A DNA stretch of 64,000 nt, from contig NW_027437472.1 in assembly GCF_964204645.1 (NCBI RefSeq), positions 5,382 to 69,381 on the forward strand, given 5' to 3'. The position numbers and the translations under genes were made by a program. This stretch comes from Tubulanus polymorphus (lineage: Eukaryota; Animalia; Nemertea). Below, piece by piece: positions 47,911 to 60,807 of the stretch; positions within the stretch are counted from its first letter, which is position 1; every line of letters begins with the position of its first letter. The notes under the pieces are model-generated. The model saw only the letters and a program-made list of their open reading frames with translations, searched no databases and was not told the DNA's origin.

Positions 47911-50900
47911 TCAGTAGATATACACGTACACATACGGGGATGGTCGACTCCAACCTTTCTTACTCATTGCGGCTCCCTATAGAAAAAGTCATAAAATGGT
48001 AATAGTTTCAACGAAAAGATTTGTGTTTTGTCGTTAACAAATCATGAATAAAAAAGAGTTTTAAAACACACGAACTTATTTGACATTTTAATCCATGTGA
48101 TATGGGCTGCTTGTGAATACTGACCTGGCATCCGTACCAGGTCGAAGGCTTAAGATCGTAGATCAATTTGTCCTTATTGGACGATTTGATATTCCAGGAC
48201 GATTTGCTTGACCTCAGTGGTTGAACATTTTCAGCAGTAGTTTCACCGCACTGTGCCGCATACTTTAAAACTTGACCGCCTCCCTCTTGTTGGTGATATT
48301 CGACCGATAAGTGCGAACCAGATCGTGTTTTCAAACTCACTTGTTTCAAGGTTATATGGATTTTCAGACGAGCTAGATAAACGATAAAATTATTTATGAA
48401 AACGATGTAATCACTCAATGACCACATAAACCGATATTCTAGTATAGACTCAGTTAAGATACACTCCAGCTTCTCGAAAACTCACCTGCTTCGTCCGTCG
48501 TGAATTCTGTGTTGTTCGATTGTTCGCTTTTTCCAGCTTCGTTCGTCCAGGCGTAGCTTACCACATACGTCGTGTATGGTTTCAGACCATTTAGACTTAT
48601 GAATGTGCGCATTGTGATGTTTTCTCGGACCACCTCACCGGTGCTCTTCTCGTAGAGTTTGTAGTGGAATCCACTAAAGATACCATTTCTATTATTGCAC
48701 GGTATGTTATAGAAGTTAACTCCGGCAGAAGTCGTTTTCTGGAAGAACGTCACGGGTACCTTGTTTGGAGTAACCTTCGGTGGTTTGGGGGAACCGACAG
48801 GATCTGTGAGTATAGTAAAAGCCATAGAAACTTGGGAACTTTTTCACCACGCTACTTTTGTAACAAAGTTTGATTATTCCTTACTTAAGGATAAATTGGA
48901 ACACTGCATGTTATTTATGGAAGTTACCTGACTGTGACGTAGTTATCCTTGTAGTGACATATTGACGACGTATTGCGCCTTCACCGAGCTGAACTGCTAA
49001 AATTCTCACATCATACGTAGAATAAGGTGACAACTCCGGGAATTCCATGTCGGTGTTGTTGGTGGGGAAGGGGGAAATCTGCCATCCTTTTCCTGAGTGG
49101 ATTGCTGGACAACCTATCCGTTGGCGAAACTTGTATTCACCATGGAATTCGAATTTCAGGTGTTTTAGTGGTCCCGGGATTTTCCATGTCACGTTGACAC
49201 GACCGGAGGACGTATTCATTGCAGATATCTCGGACACTAAACAAATAAGACGGGAATTTAATTATTCGATGGGTCGTTTTTCAGGTCGTTTTACGAGTTG
49301 CCTGCTGATGGTTTTTAAAACAACAATTGCATTTCAGATTTCAATATTTTCATTGTGATCGTGAAATAAAATGAATACACTGTACCTCCATCCCCGGCTA
49401 TTACTTCAATACTATCGCCGAACACATATCTTTTATTGCCTTCATTTTTCACGCCCATTCTTATGCGATATCTGGTATACGGTTCCATATCAGGAGGGTT
49501 GGAAGTACTAAACATCGTCCATTCTGAATCTGGACTGTCTGCTAATTTATAGAAGAATGAATAGGAAGCCATGTATTTATTATGGCAATTGAGTTCATCT
49601 TTGTCAAGTCCCTACACCGAAAAAAGCGAAAATGAAATTATACATAGTGCGTTCAGCTGAGTATAAATGTTGTGATACATTAATGATTATATACGGGGCT
49701 AATACCACATAATACGGTGTGAGTCGATACATCTTTGAACTAGTTGCACCCACTCCTTGAATCAAATGCGAGATACGAGGCCCAACCGCCGGTTCTACAA
49801 AGAAGCACAAATACTCCAAAGAATTATTCTTCAAGATTGGACTTTTGCATTTGTAAATGTGCCACAAAGATTATGAGCAAAACAGCTGCACTAGTTTTGA
49901 TAAATTGGCAAATTTGGCATGATTGGTGCAATAAAGATGACGTAATCACAATAATTTCTTCATAAGCAATACGTACCATCACAGCCAGTATATACTGTAC
50001 TGATTCGGCTCAGCAATGAAGAAGTCAAATTCGCCTCAAGCTTCTTCAATTTGACCGCAACCTCGTATCCAGTATTCGTTTCTAAACCGGTTATATTCTG
50101 TAATATCTTCCTTCCTTCAATTCGAAATGATGACGGTGCTGTTATCCAGTCGACAGTGCCCAACTTTCTGTAAAACAGTACATACGCCACGCTCATACGT
50201 TTCCTACCAGAATCTGGTATTTTGGTGATAGAAGCTTCGTGCCACAAAACGGAGACTTGGTGACGTGATTTGACGTAAGAACTCAACCAATAATCCACTT
50301 TGAAAGCTGAAAAGAATATCTATTTCAATTAGAAGCGCGCACTAAAACAGTAAGGAGTTACGTCACCATGAGTTTACTTTATTCTGTATTCTCAAAAATA
50401 TTTCATAGTTTTATGCATAATGAGAACCGAAATAATGAACGTCTGATTTACGTTTTTCGCAGAATTTGCCAACTCGGTCAGCATTACAGCCACCAGGACA
50501 GAATCCGGTCATGTAGACGACTGCGTTGTTTGGTACGTTTCGGTTACATCGGGATCTCTCGATGCAGTTGAACGATTCAGGATTTTTGCACATGTCTATA
50601 TCTAAAAGCCCGATCATAAAGATTAGTAAAAAGGGCTACTCGGTAGACGTGAGCAATTTTATTTTCGACAGAACTGTTGATCTGTAGTGTTCTTTATCAT
50701 TGCGGCATTGCCTGCTAGTAAGTCCAGTTTGTTATTCATTATCAAATTGAGCCGTACCTATATACTTATAACCGATAGCTTCGATATCTAGAACGTCTAA
50801 AATAGTAAGTTGAGGGTTGGTCACTTGTAAGGTAATGTATCGGCCTACCATCGGGGTATCGCAATCACTTCTCCAGTTACCTCTTAACGGATTGCGCGTC

Positions 50901-52219
50901 AAATTCTTACAAATCGGATTTTCACCGAGTGTTGAACTGTTACCAACACGCACCTCAATATTCCACCTTCTATTTCCTGAAAACGAATGTACAAATGAAT
51001 ACCTGAAATATCAGACTGGTGAATCAATTGACAAAAAGGTTTTCCTCCGGATAAAGCATCATAGACTTTCTCTTGAAAACTTACTCCAACAGCAATATTT
51101 CGGATCTTCTCTCGTAAACCAGATATTTACCGAACGGACGACGTGTTTAGAACCGAGGTTTATTCCAATCCACGGTTTCACTTGTAAATTAGTAGCGCAG
51201 CGGTCGTTCATCTCACGGCCATCGGTACAGAAATGTGAGGGCTTCTGTCTATTAGTCGACGATAATGTAACATTTTTCGAGCCGGCAATATTTCCTGCAG
51301 CGCAACATCAAAAAAAATGGGTAAAATGTATTCTATAATGTACATATGTGTAGCTGCCTTTTTAAAGGTTTTTGCGATGGTGCAATTTTGTGATCGAAAT
51401 CAAACCAACATGCTGTGGCTATATGAAAACAAGGTTTCACAACAATAATTTGTTTGAGAAATTAGTTATTTGTTTTGAAGATAATACTTTTCTGTCATTC
51501 TTTTTAAAATCATTGCGCAAAAGACGGAATTTGCTGTCACACCTACCATACGTTGAACTAAATATTCTAATGGTTTCATCTTTCGTGATAATAACGTTTA
51601 AGAGATTCCCATTCTTACCTGTCTGGCATGCCGGACCTGACCAGCCGGGAAAGCAGCTCCCACTTTGACAAAAGAGCTCATTTTTTTGCGACATTGTAGG
51701 GCATATTCTCTTGCGAGTATATCTTCTAGGATACTCCCGGCAATCACACACCCATCCTTTACAACTCTCGCCGAAACAACGAGATTCTAATGAAAACGGA
51801 GCTTGATTTTAGAAATCAGAAACGCCGAAGAATCATCAACGATCATTATCTAACATTAACTGCATCGGTGCAATAGCACTTGATGATCTATCCCTACTTT
51901 AATGTCTTAAACATTTCAACATTTCTTTATAAAACACTATTAATCTAGTATTTATTGATGTAGATTATCCAGGAAATAAATAAATGAAAAAATTAAGAAA
52001 AACAATTTATAGGACACTATTATAATCGGTACAAATTAAGTAAAAAGAATCACTTATCAAAAGCCGTGACCACATAACGACTTATTGTCGTTTTTAAACA
52101 CGTGGACGAGGAGGTCCATTTTTTGTTCGCTGGTTGATCATACCTTGCCCAGTCGCCAGTACGTCCGACAAGAAAAACGTCGCCATTAGAAAACCATACC
52201 ACCAGTAGTAGCCCTCCAT
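47911..52219 (-). CDS. Array gene B: secreted Cys-rich/F-type lectin/EGF/5xFN3 protein, ~802 aa
   Basis: Exons 52144-52219, 51619-51786, 51085-51294, 50758-50976, 50452-50601, 49977-50306, 49706-49794, 49386-49611, 48928-49236, 48486-48803, 48125-48372, 47911-47976. Same phases as gene A; ends ...PSPYVYVYIY*. Confidence 0.88.
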
Positions 52220-52876
52220 CGTTTCAATTATGTATCGTGTGTGCCTTGTAGGTATATGTCGGTATGTATGATTTAGCCCGATCAGTCTATATTTGTTGTT
52301 ACTTAATTTATACGTCGTAAAATTGGTCAATTATCCGCTTATCAACAGATCGATGCGGTCGTTGTACCCCAGTTACAGCCTGTAGAAGGGAGACCGTGCG
52401 ACAATTCCAAATTTCCCATTGCCGATGATTAAGGAGTTACCCCGTCCGTTTTAACTTAAACGTTACACACGAAGGAAGCTTTCCCAAAAATATCATAAGA
52501 GTGACATCAATCACGAAAAGCACCGCTATATATATTTCGAGATTTTCCGCAGAAAAAAAATACAATAACACTCATTTCAAATGAGTGTTATGGATAGTAA
52601 GTTGATCTCTAACATAAATGAATAAATACATAACATATAATACATAATCAAAAGTTGTCCCAGAATCCAGGACGTAATAAACATAACGAACCTCCGTAGT
52701 GGAAATAACGCAAAAATGAAATAATTCCTATTGACGATTTACACATTTTTTCTTATTATAAGCGGTTCCAATCAGTTTTAAGCACGGATGATTTTATGTT
52801 TATAGTAATTCGCACGTTTTCACCAAAAAAGCTAATTTGCGACACGTTGCACATTTTGTATCATCAGTATCGGCTT

Positions 52877-55176
52877 TCAGTTGATATATACGTACACATA
52901 CGGGGATGGTCGACTCCAACCTTTCTTGCTCAATGCAGCTCCCTGTTGAAGAAAGTGAAGTCATACAATTTCAATAGTTTCTATCAAACATGATTAAAAA
53001 ATGATGAATTATTGATATACAGAAATGAGAAAGTCTATGATAAACTTCATCTATAATTACTGACCTGGCATCCGTACCAAGTCGAAGGTTTAAGGTCGTA
53101 CACAATGTTTTCGTCTGCATCAAATGATTTCATATTCCAGGACGATTTGCTTGACCTCAGTGGTTGGACATTTTCACCAGTAGTTTCACCACACTGCGCC
53201 GCATACTTTAAAACTTTGCCGCCGCCCTCTTGTTGGTCATATTCGACCAATAAGTGCGAACCAGATCGTGTTTTCAAACTCACTTGTTTCAAGGTTATGT
53301 TAATTTTCAGAAGAGCTGGATAAACGATGAAATTACGTACGAAAACGATGTAATCACTCAATGACCATATAAACCGATATTCTAGTATAGACTCAGATAA
53401 GATACACTCCAGCTTCTCGAAAACTCACCTGCTTCGTCAGTCGTGAATTCTGTGTTGTTCGATTGTTCGCTTTTTCCAGCTTCGTTCGTCCAGGCGTAGC
53501 TTACCACATACGTCGTGTATGGTTTCAGACCCTTTAGACTTATGGATGTGTGCATTGTGATGTTTTCTCGGACCACCTCACCAGTGCTCTTCTCGTAAAG
53601 TGTGTAATAGAATCCGCCGAAGATACCATTTTGGTTTTTGCGAGGTATGTGCGAGAAAGTGACTCCAGCGTATGTCGTCTCCTGGAAATCTTTCAACGCA
53701 ACTTTTTCCGGAATAACTACTGGTGGCTCTGGGGAACCGACGGGTTCTGTGAATATGAAAGAGAAGGGTCCATGGAAACTTGGGTAATTTTTTTCACCAT
53801 ATATCTGTGGAATTAGTTTTATATGTACCGATAAACTGAACAACTGCGGTTGATTCTGCTTAAAATTTACCTGACTGCATCGTAAGTATACTTGTTGTAA
53901 CATATTGACGGCGCAGTATTGCACCTTCACCGAGCTGAACTGCTAAAATTCCCACATCATACGTAGAATAAGGCGACAACTCCACGAATTCCATGTCGGT
54001 GTTGTTGGTGGGGAAGGGAGAAATCTGCCACTGGTATGCCCAGATTGCCGGACTATTTCTCCGTCCACGAAGCCTGTATCTTCCATGAAACTCGAATTTC
54101 AGGTGTTTCAGCGTGTTGGGGATTTTCCAAGTAACGTTTACACGTCCAAATGATGTATTCATTGCTGTTAGATCAGTAACTATATGAGTGAAATGAGTAA
54201 ATTATGAAATGCATTTGAATCCCGTGCGGAATGAATAGGATATGTAGGAAGATTTGCTGTAGAGAGGAAATGTGCCCGCACGAATAAGAAGGGTTCTCGA
54301 GGTAGGTCTTGTCCCGGCATTTATATAAAGAAATTCTGACAGCTCAGTACCTCCATTTCCGGGAACGACTTCAATACTCTCGCCGGACACATATTCTGCG
54401 TTGCCTTTGTTTTTAGCACCGACTTTCATTCGATATTTGGTATATGGCACCATGTCAGGAGGGTAGGACGCTCGGAATGCCTTCCATTCCGAATCTGCAC
54501 TATCGGCTAACTGATAGTATAATTCGTAAGCCACCCCTTCGGTATCATTACATCTCAGTTGACTGCTATTCAGAAGCTAGGATGAAATAATTATGTATTC
54601 AAAAATATGTAACGGTTAATTTCAAATTTGATCCTCAATTTTCTCATTCTTTTACGAGTTGTGGAGGAGCCGCGGTAACTTGCTGCAAATCAGTTAGTGA
54701 AGACAGAGAGTACTTGAAATTAACTATACCTGGGATTATGTCATAAGTACGAGATTTGGCTACTAGCGCATTATAATACCTCTATGAGATAAATGAGAAG
54801 TCATCTTTTGAAACCCACGTTGCAGGATGGTCGTCTCATTTGCCCGATGAAGCTCATTTACACAAGTCGCGAAAGCTCGTACTTTTCGGAGTACTATCTG
54901 TCATCACATTTTGGTAAATTTCAATCCATAAAACGATACCTGATAAGTCGGGAAAATTCTAAATTTCGTTGAATTGTTGCTAACCATTCGCTCTTGTGAC
55001 ATATGCGTGATTTGAGGTCCAACGGTTGGCTCTAGGAAATATATGGATGATCAAAATCTAAATTTCAGAGATAATTAAGATTAGTAGGAAAAAAAAAATT
55101 ACTTGTGGTGATGAGTGGTGTCTCGTCCTCTCGTCCTCTGGTATGAAAGCCTGATTTTATAATTACTGCCCTCCAT
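52877..55176 (-). pseudogene. Chimeric 5'-truncated copy: gene A promoter and first 3 codons + filler + last 6 exons of gene C
   Basis: ATG at 55176 reads MEGSNYKIRLSYQRTRGRDTTHHHK* into filler DNA. Downstream exons 54940-55031, 54351-54576 ... 52877-52942 duplicate gene C; signal, lectin, EGF and FN3-1 exons are missing. Confidence 0.8.
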
Positions 55177-55840
55177 CGTTTCTATTGTGTAAATCGTGCC
55201 TTGTAGGTTTATGTCGGTATGTATGATTTAGCCCGATCAGTCTATATTTATTGTTACTTAACTTACGTCGTAAAAATTGTCTAATTGAAATATCAACAGA
55301 TCGATGCGGTCGCTGTACCCAGTTACAGCCTGTAGAAAGGAAACCGTACGGAAATTCCAACTTATCCCTTGCAGGCGATTGTTATACAATGCAGTCCGAA
55401 CGTTTCAACTTAAACATAACGCGAAGGAAGCTTTCATAAAAATATCATAAAAGTGACATCAATCATGGAAAAGCACCGGATGCAAAAAACTAAAGGAATA
55501 AACCGGGACATCTGCATGTTAAAAATAGACTGACATATATATATTTTTTTTATTTTCTGCAAGAAAAATACAATAACTACATGTATTCATTTGCCATATC
55601 CGAATAGTAAAGTTTATATCAATCACAAACGAATAAATACAAAACATTAATGTTAAGTTGTCTCAGAAACCAGGACGTAATAGATTTAACGAACATACGC
55701 AGTGGAAATAATGCAAAATAAACGGTTCCAATTAGTATATACACTATTATGTATTTTGATGTACACAGTAATTTGTACGTTTTCACCAAAAAAGCTAATT
55801 TGAGAAACGTTGCACATTTATATCATCAGTATCGCCACTT

Positions 55841-58800
55841 TCAGTAGATATACACGTACACATACGGGGATGGTCGACTCCAACCTTTCTTACTCATTGC
55901 GGCTCCCTATAGAAAAAGTCATAAAATGGTAATAGTTTCAACGAAAAGATTTGTGTTTTGTCGTTAACAAATCATGAATAAAAAAGAGTTTTAAAACACA
56001 CGAACTTATTTGACATTGTTATCCATGTGATATGGGCTGCTTGTGAATACTGACCTGGCATCCGTACCAGGTCGAAGGCTTAAGATCGTAGATCAATTTG
56101 TCCTTATTGGACGATTTGATATTCCAGGACGATTTGCTTGACCTCAGTGGTTGAACATTTTCAGCAGTAGTTTCACCGCACTGTGCCGCATACTTTAAAA
56201 CTTGACCGCCTCCCTCTTGTTGGTCATATTCGACCGATAAGTGCGAACCAGATCGTGTTTTCAAACTCACTTGTTTCAAGGTTATATGGATTTTCAGACG
56301 AGCTAGATAAACGATAAAATTATTTATGAAAACGATGTAATCACTCAATGACCACATAAACCGATATTCTAGTATAGACTCAGTTAAGATACACTCCAGC
56401 TTCTCGAAAACTCACCTGCTTCGTCCGTCGTGAATTCTGTGTTGTTCGATTGTTTGCTTTTTCCAGCTTCGTTCGTCCAGGCGTAGCTTACCACATATGT
56501 CGTGTATGGTTTCAGACCATTTAGACTTATGAATGTGCGCATTGTGATGTTTTCTCGGACCACCTCACCAGTGCTCTTCTCGTAGAGTTTGTAGTGGAAT
56601 CCACTAAAGATACCATTTCTATTATTGCACGGTATGTTATAGAAGTTAACTCCGGCAGAAGTCGTTTTCTGGAAGAACGTCACGGGTACCTTGTTTGGAG
56701 TAACCTTCGGTGGTTTGGGGGAACCGACAGGATCTGTGAGTATAGTAAAAGCCATAGAAACTTGGGAACTTTTTCACCACGCTACTTTTGTAACAAAGTT
56801 TGATTATTCCTTACTTAAGGATAAATTGGAACACTGCATGTTATTCATGGAAGTTACCTGACTGTGACGTAGTTATCCTTGTAGTGACATATTGACGACG
56901 TATTGCGCCTCCACCGAGCTGAACTGCTAAAATTCTCACATCATACGTAGAATAAGGTGACAACTCCGGGAATTCCATGTCGGTGTTGTTGGTGGGGAAG
57001 GGGGAAATCTGCCATCCTTTTCCTGAGTGGATTGCTGGACAACCTATCCGTTGGCGAAACTTGTATTCACCATGGAATTCGAATTTCAGGTGTTTTAGTG
57101 GTCCCGGGATTTTCCATGTCACGTTGACACGACCGGAGGACGTATTCATTGCAGATATCTCGGACACTAAACAAATAAGACGGGAATTTATTTATTCGAT
57201 GGGTCGTTTTTCAGGTCGTTTTACGAGTTGCCTGCTGATGGTTTTTAAAACAACAATTGCATTTCAGATTTCAATATTTTCATTGTGATCGTGAAATAAA
57301 ATGAATACACTGTACCTCCATCCCCGGCTATTACTTCAATACTATCGCCGAACACATATCTTTTATTGCCTTCATTTTTCACGCCCATTCTTATGCGATA
57401 TCTGGTATACGGTTCCATATCAGGAGGGTTGGAAGTACTAAACATCGTCCATTCTGAATCTGGACTGTCTGCTAATTTATAGAAGAATGAATAGGAAGCC
57501 ATGTATTTATTATGGCAATTGAGTTCATCTTTGTCAAGTCCCTACACCGAAAAAAGCGAAAATGAAATTATACATAGTGCGTTCAGCTGAGTATAAATGT
57601 TGTGATACATTAATGATTATATACGGGGCTAATACCACATAATACGGTGTGAGTCGATACATCTTTGAACTAGTTGCACCCACTCCTTGAATCAAATGCG
57701 AGATACGAGGCCCAACCGCCGGTTCTGCAAAGAAGCATAAATACTCCAAAGAATTATTCTTCAAAATTGGACTTTTGCATTTGTAAATGTGCCACAAAGA
57801 TTATGAGCAAAACAGCTGCACTAGTTTTGATAAATTGGCAAATTTGGCATGATTGGTGCAATAAAGATGACGTAATCACAATAATTTCTTCATAAGCAAT
57901 ACGTACCATCACAGCCAGTATATACTGTACTGATTCGGCTCAGCAATGAAGAAGTCAAATTCGCCTCAAGCTTCTTCAATTTGACCGCAACCTCGTATCC
58001 AGTATTCGTTTCTAAACCGGTTATATTCTGTAATATCTTCCTTCCTTCAATTCGAAATGATGACGGTGCTGTTATCCAGTCGACAGTGCCCAACTTTCTG
58101 TAAAACAGTACATACGCCACGCTCATACGTTTCCTACCAGAATCTGGTATTTTGGTGATAGAAGCTTCATGCCACAAAACGGAGACTTGGTGACGTGATT
58201 TGACGTAAGAACTCAACCAATAATCCACTTTGAAAGCTGAAAAGAATATCTATTTCAATTAGAAGCGCGCACTAAAGCAGTAAGGAGTTACGTCACCATG
58301 AGTTTACTTTATTCTGTATTCTCAAAAATATTTCATAGTTTTATGCATAATGAGAACCGAAATAATGAACGTCTGATTTACGTTTTTCGCAGAATTTGCC
58401 AACTCGGTCAGCATTACAGCCACCAGGACAGAATCCGGTCATGTAGACGACTGCGTTGTTTGGTACGTTTCGGTTACATCGGGATCTCTCGATGCAGTTG
58501 AACGATTCAGGATTTTTGCACATGTCTATATCTAAAAGCCCGATCATGAAGATTAGTAAAAAGGGCTACTCGGTAGACGTGAGCAATTTTATTTTCGACA
58601 GAACTGTTGATCTGTAGTGTTCTTTATCATTGCGGCATTGCCTGCTAGTAAGTCCAGTTTGTTATTCATTATCAAATTGAGCCGTACCTATATACTTATA
58701 ACCGATAGCTTCGATATCTAGAACGTCTAAAATAGTAGGTTGAGGGTTGGTCACTTGTAAGGTAATGTATCGGCCTACCATCGGGGTATCGCAATCACTT

Positions 58801-60150
58801 CTCCAGTTACCTCTTAACGGATTGCGCGTCAAATTCTTACAAATCGGATTTTCACCGAGTGTTGAACTGTTACCAACACGCACCTCAATATTCCACCTTC
58901 TATTTCCTGAAAACGAATGTACAAATGAATACCTGAAATATCAGACTGGTGAATCAATTGACAAAAAGGTTTTCTTCCGGATAAAGCATCATAGACTTTC
59001 TCTTGAAAACTTACTCCAACAGCAATATTTCGGATCTTCTCTCGTAAACCAGATATTTACCGAACGGACGACGTGTTTAGAACCGAGGTTTATTCCAATC
59101 CACGGTTTCACTTGTAAATTAGTAGCGCAGCGGTCGTTCTTCTCACGGCCATCGGTACAGAAATGTGAGGGCTTCTGTCTATTAGTCGACGATAATGTAA
59201 CATTTTTCGAGCCGGCAATATTTCCTGCAGCGCAACATCAAAAAAAAATGGGTAAAATGTATTCTATAATGTACATATGTGTAGCTGCCTTTTTAAAGGT
59301 TTTTGCGATGGTGCAATTTTGTGATCGAAATCAAACCAACATGCTGTGGCTATATGAAAACAAGGTTTCACAACAATAATTTGTTTGAGAAATTAGTTAT
59401 TTGTTTTGAAGATAATACTTTTCTGTCATTCTTTTTAAAATCATTGCGCAAAAGACGGAATTTGCTGTCACACCTACCATACGTTGAACTAAATATTCTA
59501 ATGGTTTCATCTTTCGTGATAATAACGTTTAAGAGATTCCCATTCTTACCTGTCAGGCATGCCGGACCTGACCAGCCGGGAAAGCAGCTCCCACTTTGAC
59601 AAAAGAGCTCATTTTTTTGCGACATTGTAGGGCATATTCTCTTGCGAGTATATCTTCTAGGATACTCCCGGCAATCACACACCCATCCTTTACAACTCTC
59701 GCCGAAACAACGAGATTCTAATGAAAACGGAGCTTGATTTTAGAAATCAGAAACGCCGAAGAATCATCAACGATCATTATCTAACATTAACTGCATCGGT
59801 GCAATAGCACTTGATGATCTATCCCTACTTTAATGTCTTAAACATTTCAACATTTCTTTATAAAACACTATTAATCTAGTATTTATTGATGTAGATTATC
59901 CAGGAAATAAATAAATGAAAAAATTAAGAAAAACAATTTATAGGACACTATTATAATCGGTTCAAATTAAGTAAAAAGAATCACTTATCAAAAGCCGTGA
60001 CCACATAACGACTTATTGTCGTTTTTAAACACGTGGACGAGGAGGTCCATTTTTTGTTCGCTGGTTGATCATACCTTGCCCAGTCGCGAGTACGTCCGAC
60101 AAGAAAAACGTCGCCATTAGAAAACCATACCACCAGTAGTAGCCCTCCAT
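55841..60150 (-). CDS. Array gene B' (duplicate of gene B), ~802 aa
   Basis: Same exons as B shifted by 7930/7931; splice sites intact; about ten coding substitutions and no stops seen. Confidence 0.87.
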
Positions 60151-60807
60151 CGTTTCAATTATGTATCGTGTGTGCCTTGTAGGTATATGTCGGTATGTAT
60201 GATTTAGCCCGATCAGTCTATATTTGTTGTTACTTAATTTATACGTCGTAAAATTGGTCAATTATCCGCTTATCAACAGATCGATGCGGTCGTTGTACCC
60301 CAGTTACAGCCTGTAGAAGGGAGACCGTGCGACAATTCCAAATTTCCCATTGCCGATGATTAAGGAGTTACCCCGTCCGTTTTAACTTAAACGTTACACA
60401 CGAAGGAAGCTTTCCCAAAAATATCATAAGAGTGACATCAATCACGAAAAGCACCGCTATATATATTTCGAGATTTTCCGCAGAAAAAAAATACAATAAC
60501 ACTCATTTCAAATGAGTGTTATGGATAGTAAGTTGATCTCTAACATAAATGAATAAATACATAACATATAATACATAATCAAAAGTTGTCCCAGAATCCA
60601 GGACGTAATAAACATAACGAACCTCCGTAGTGGAAATAACGCAAAAATGAAATAATTCCAATTGACGATTTACACATTTTTTCTTATTATAAGCGGTTCC
60701 AATCAGTTTTTAGCACGGATGATTTTATGTTTATAGTAATTCGCACGTTTTCACCAAAAAAGCTAATTTGCGACACGTTGCACATTTTGTATCATCAGTA
60801 TCGGCTT

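Noticed and set aside
50817-59379. Plus-strand ORFs of 173 aa (50817-51338) and 210 aa (58747-59379) and similar ORFs over the array
   Set aside because: Antisense shadows of the lectin exons; they cross introns and their length changes with a 1-bp intronic indel between the duplicates.
47911-60150. Positive selection between B and B'
   Set aside because: About 6 replacement versus 4 silent differences by eye is not an excess over neutral expectation, and the counts are too small.
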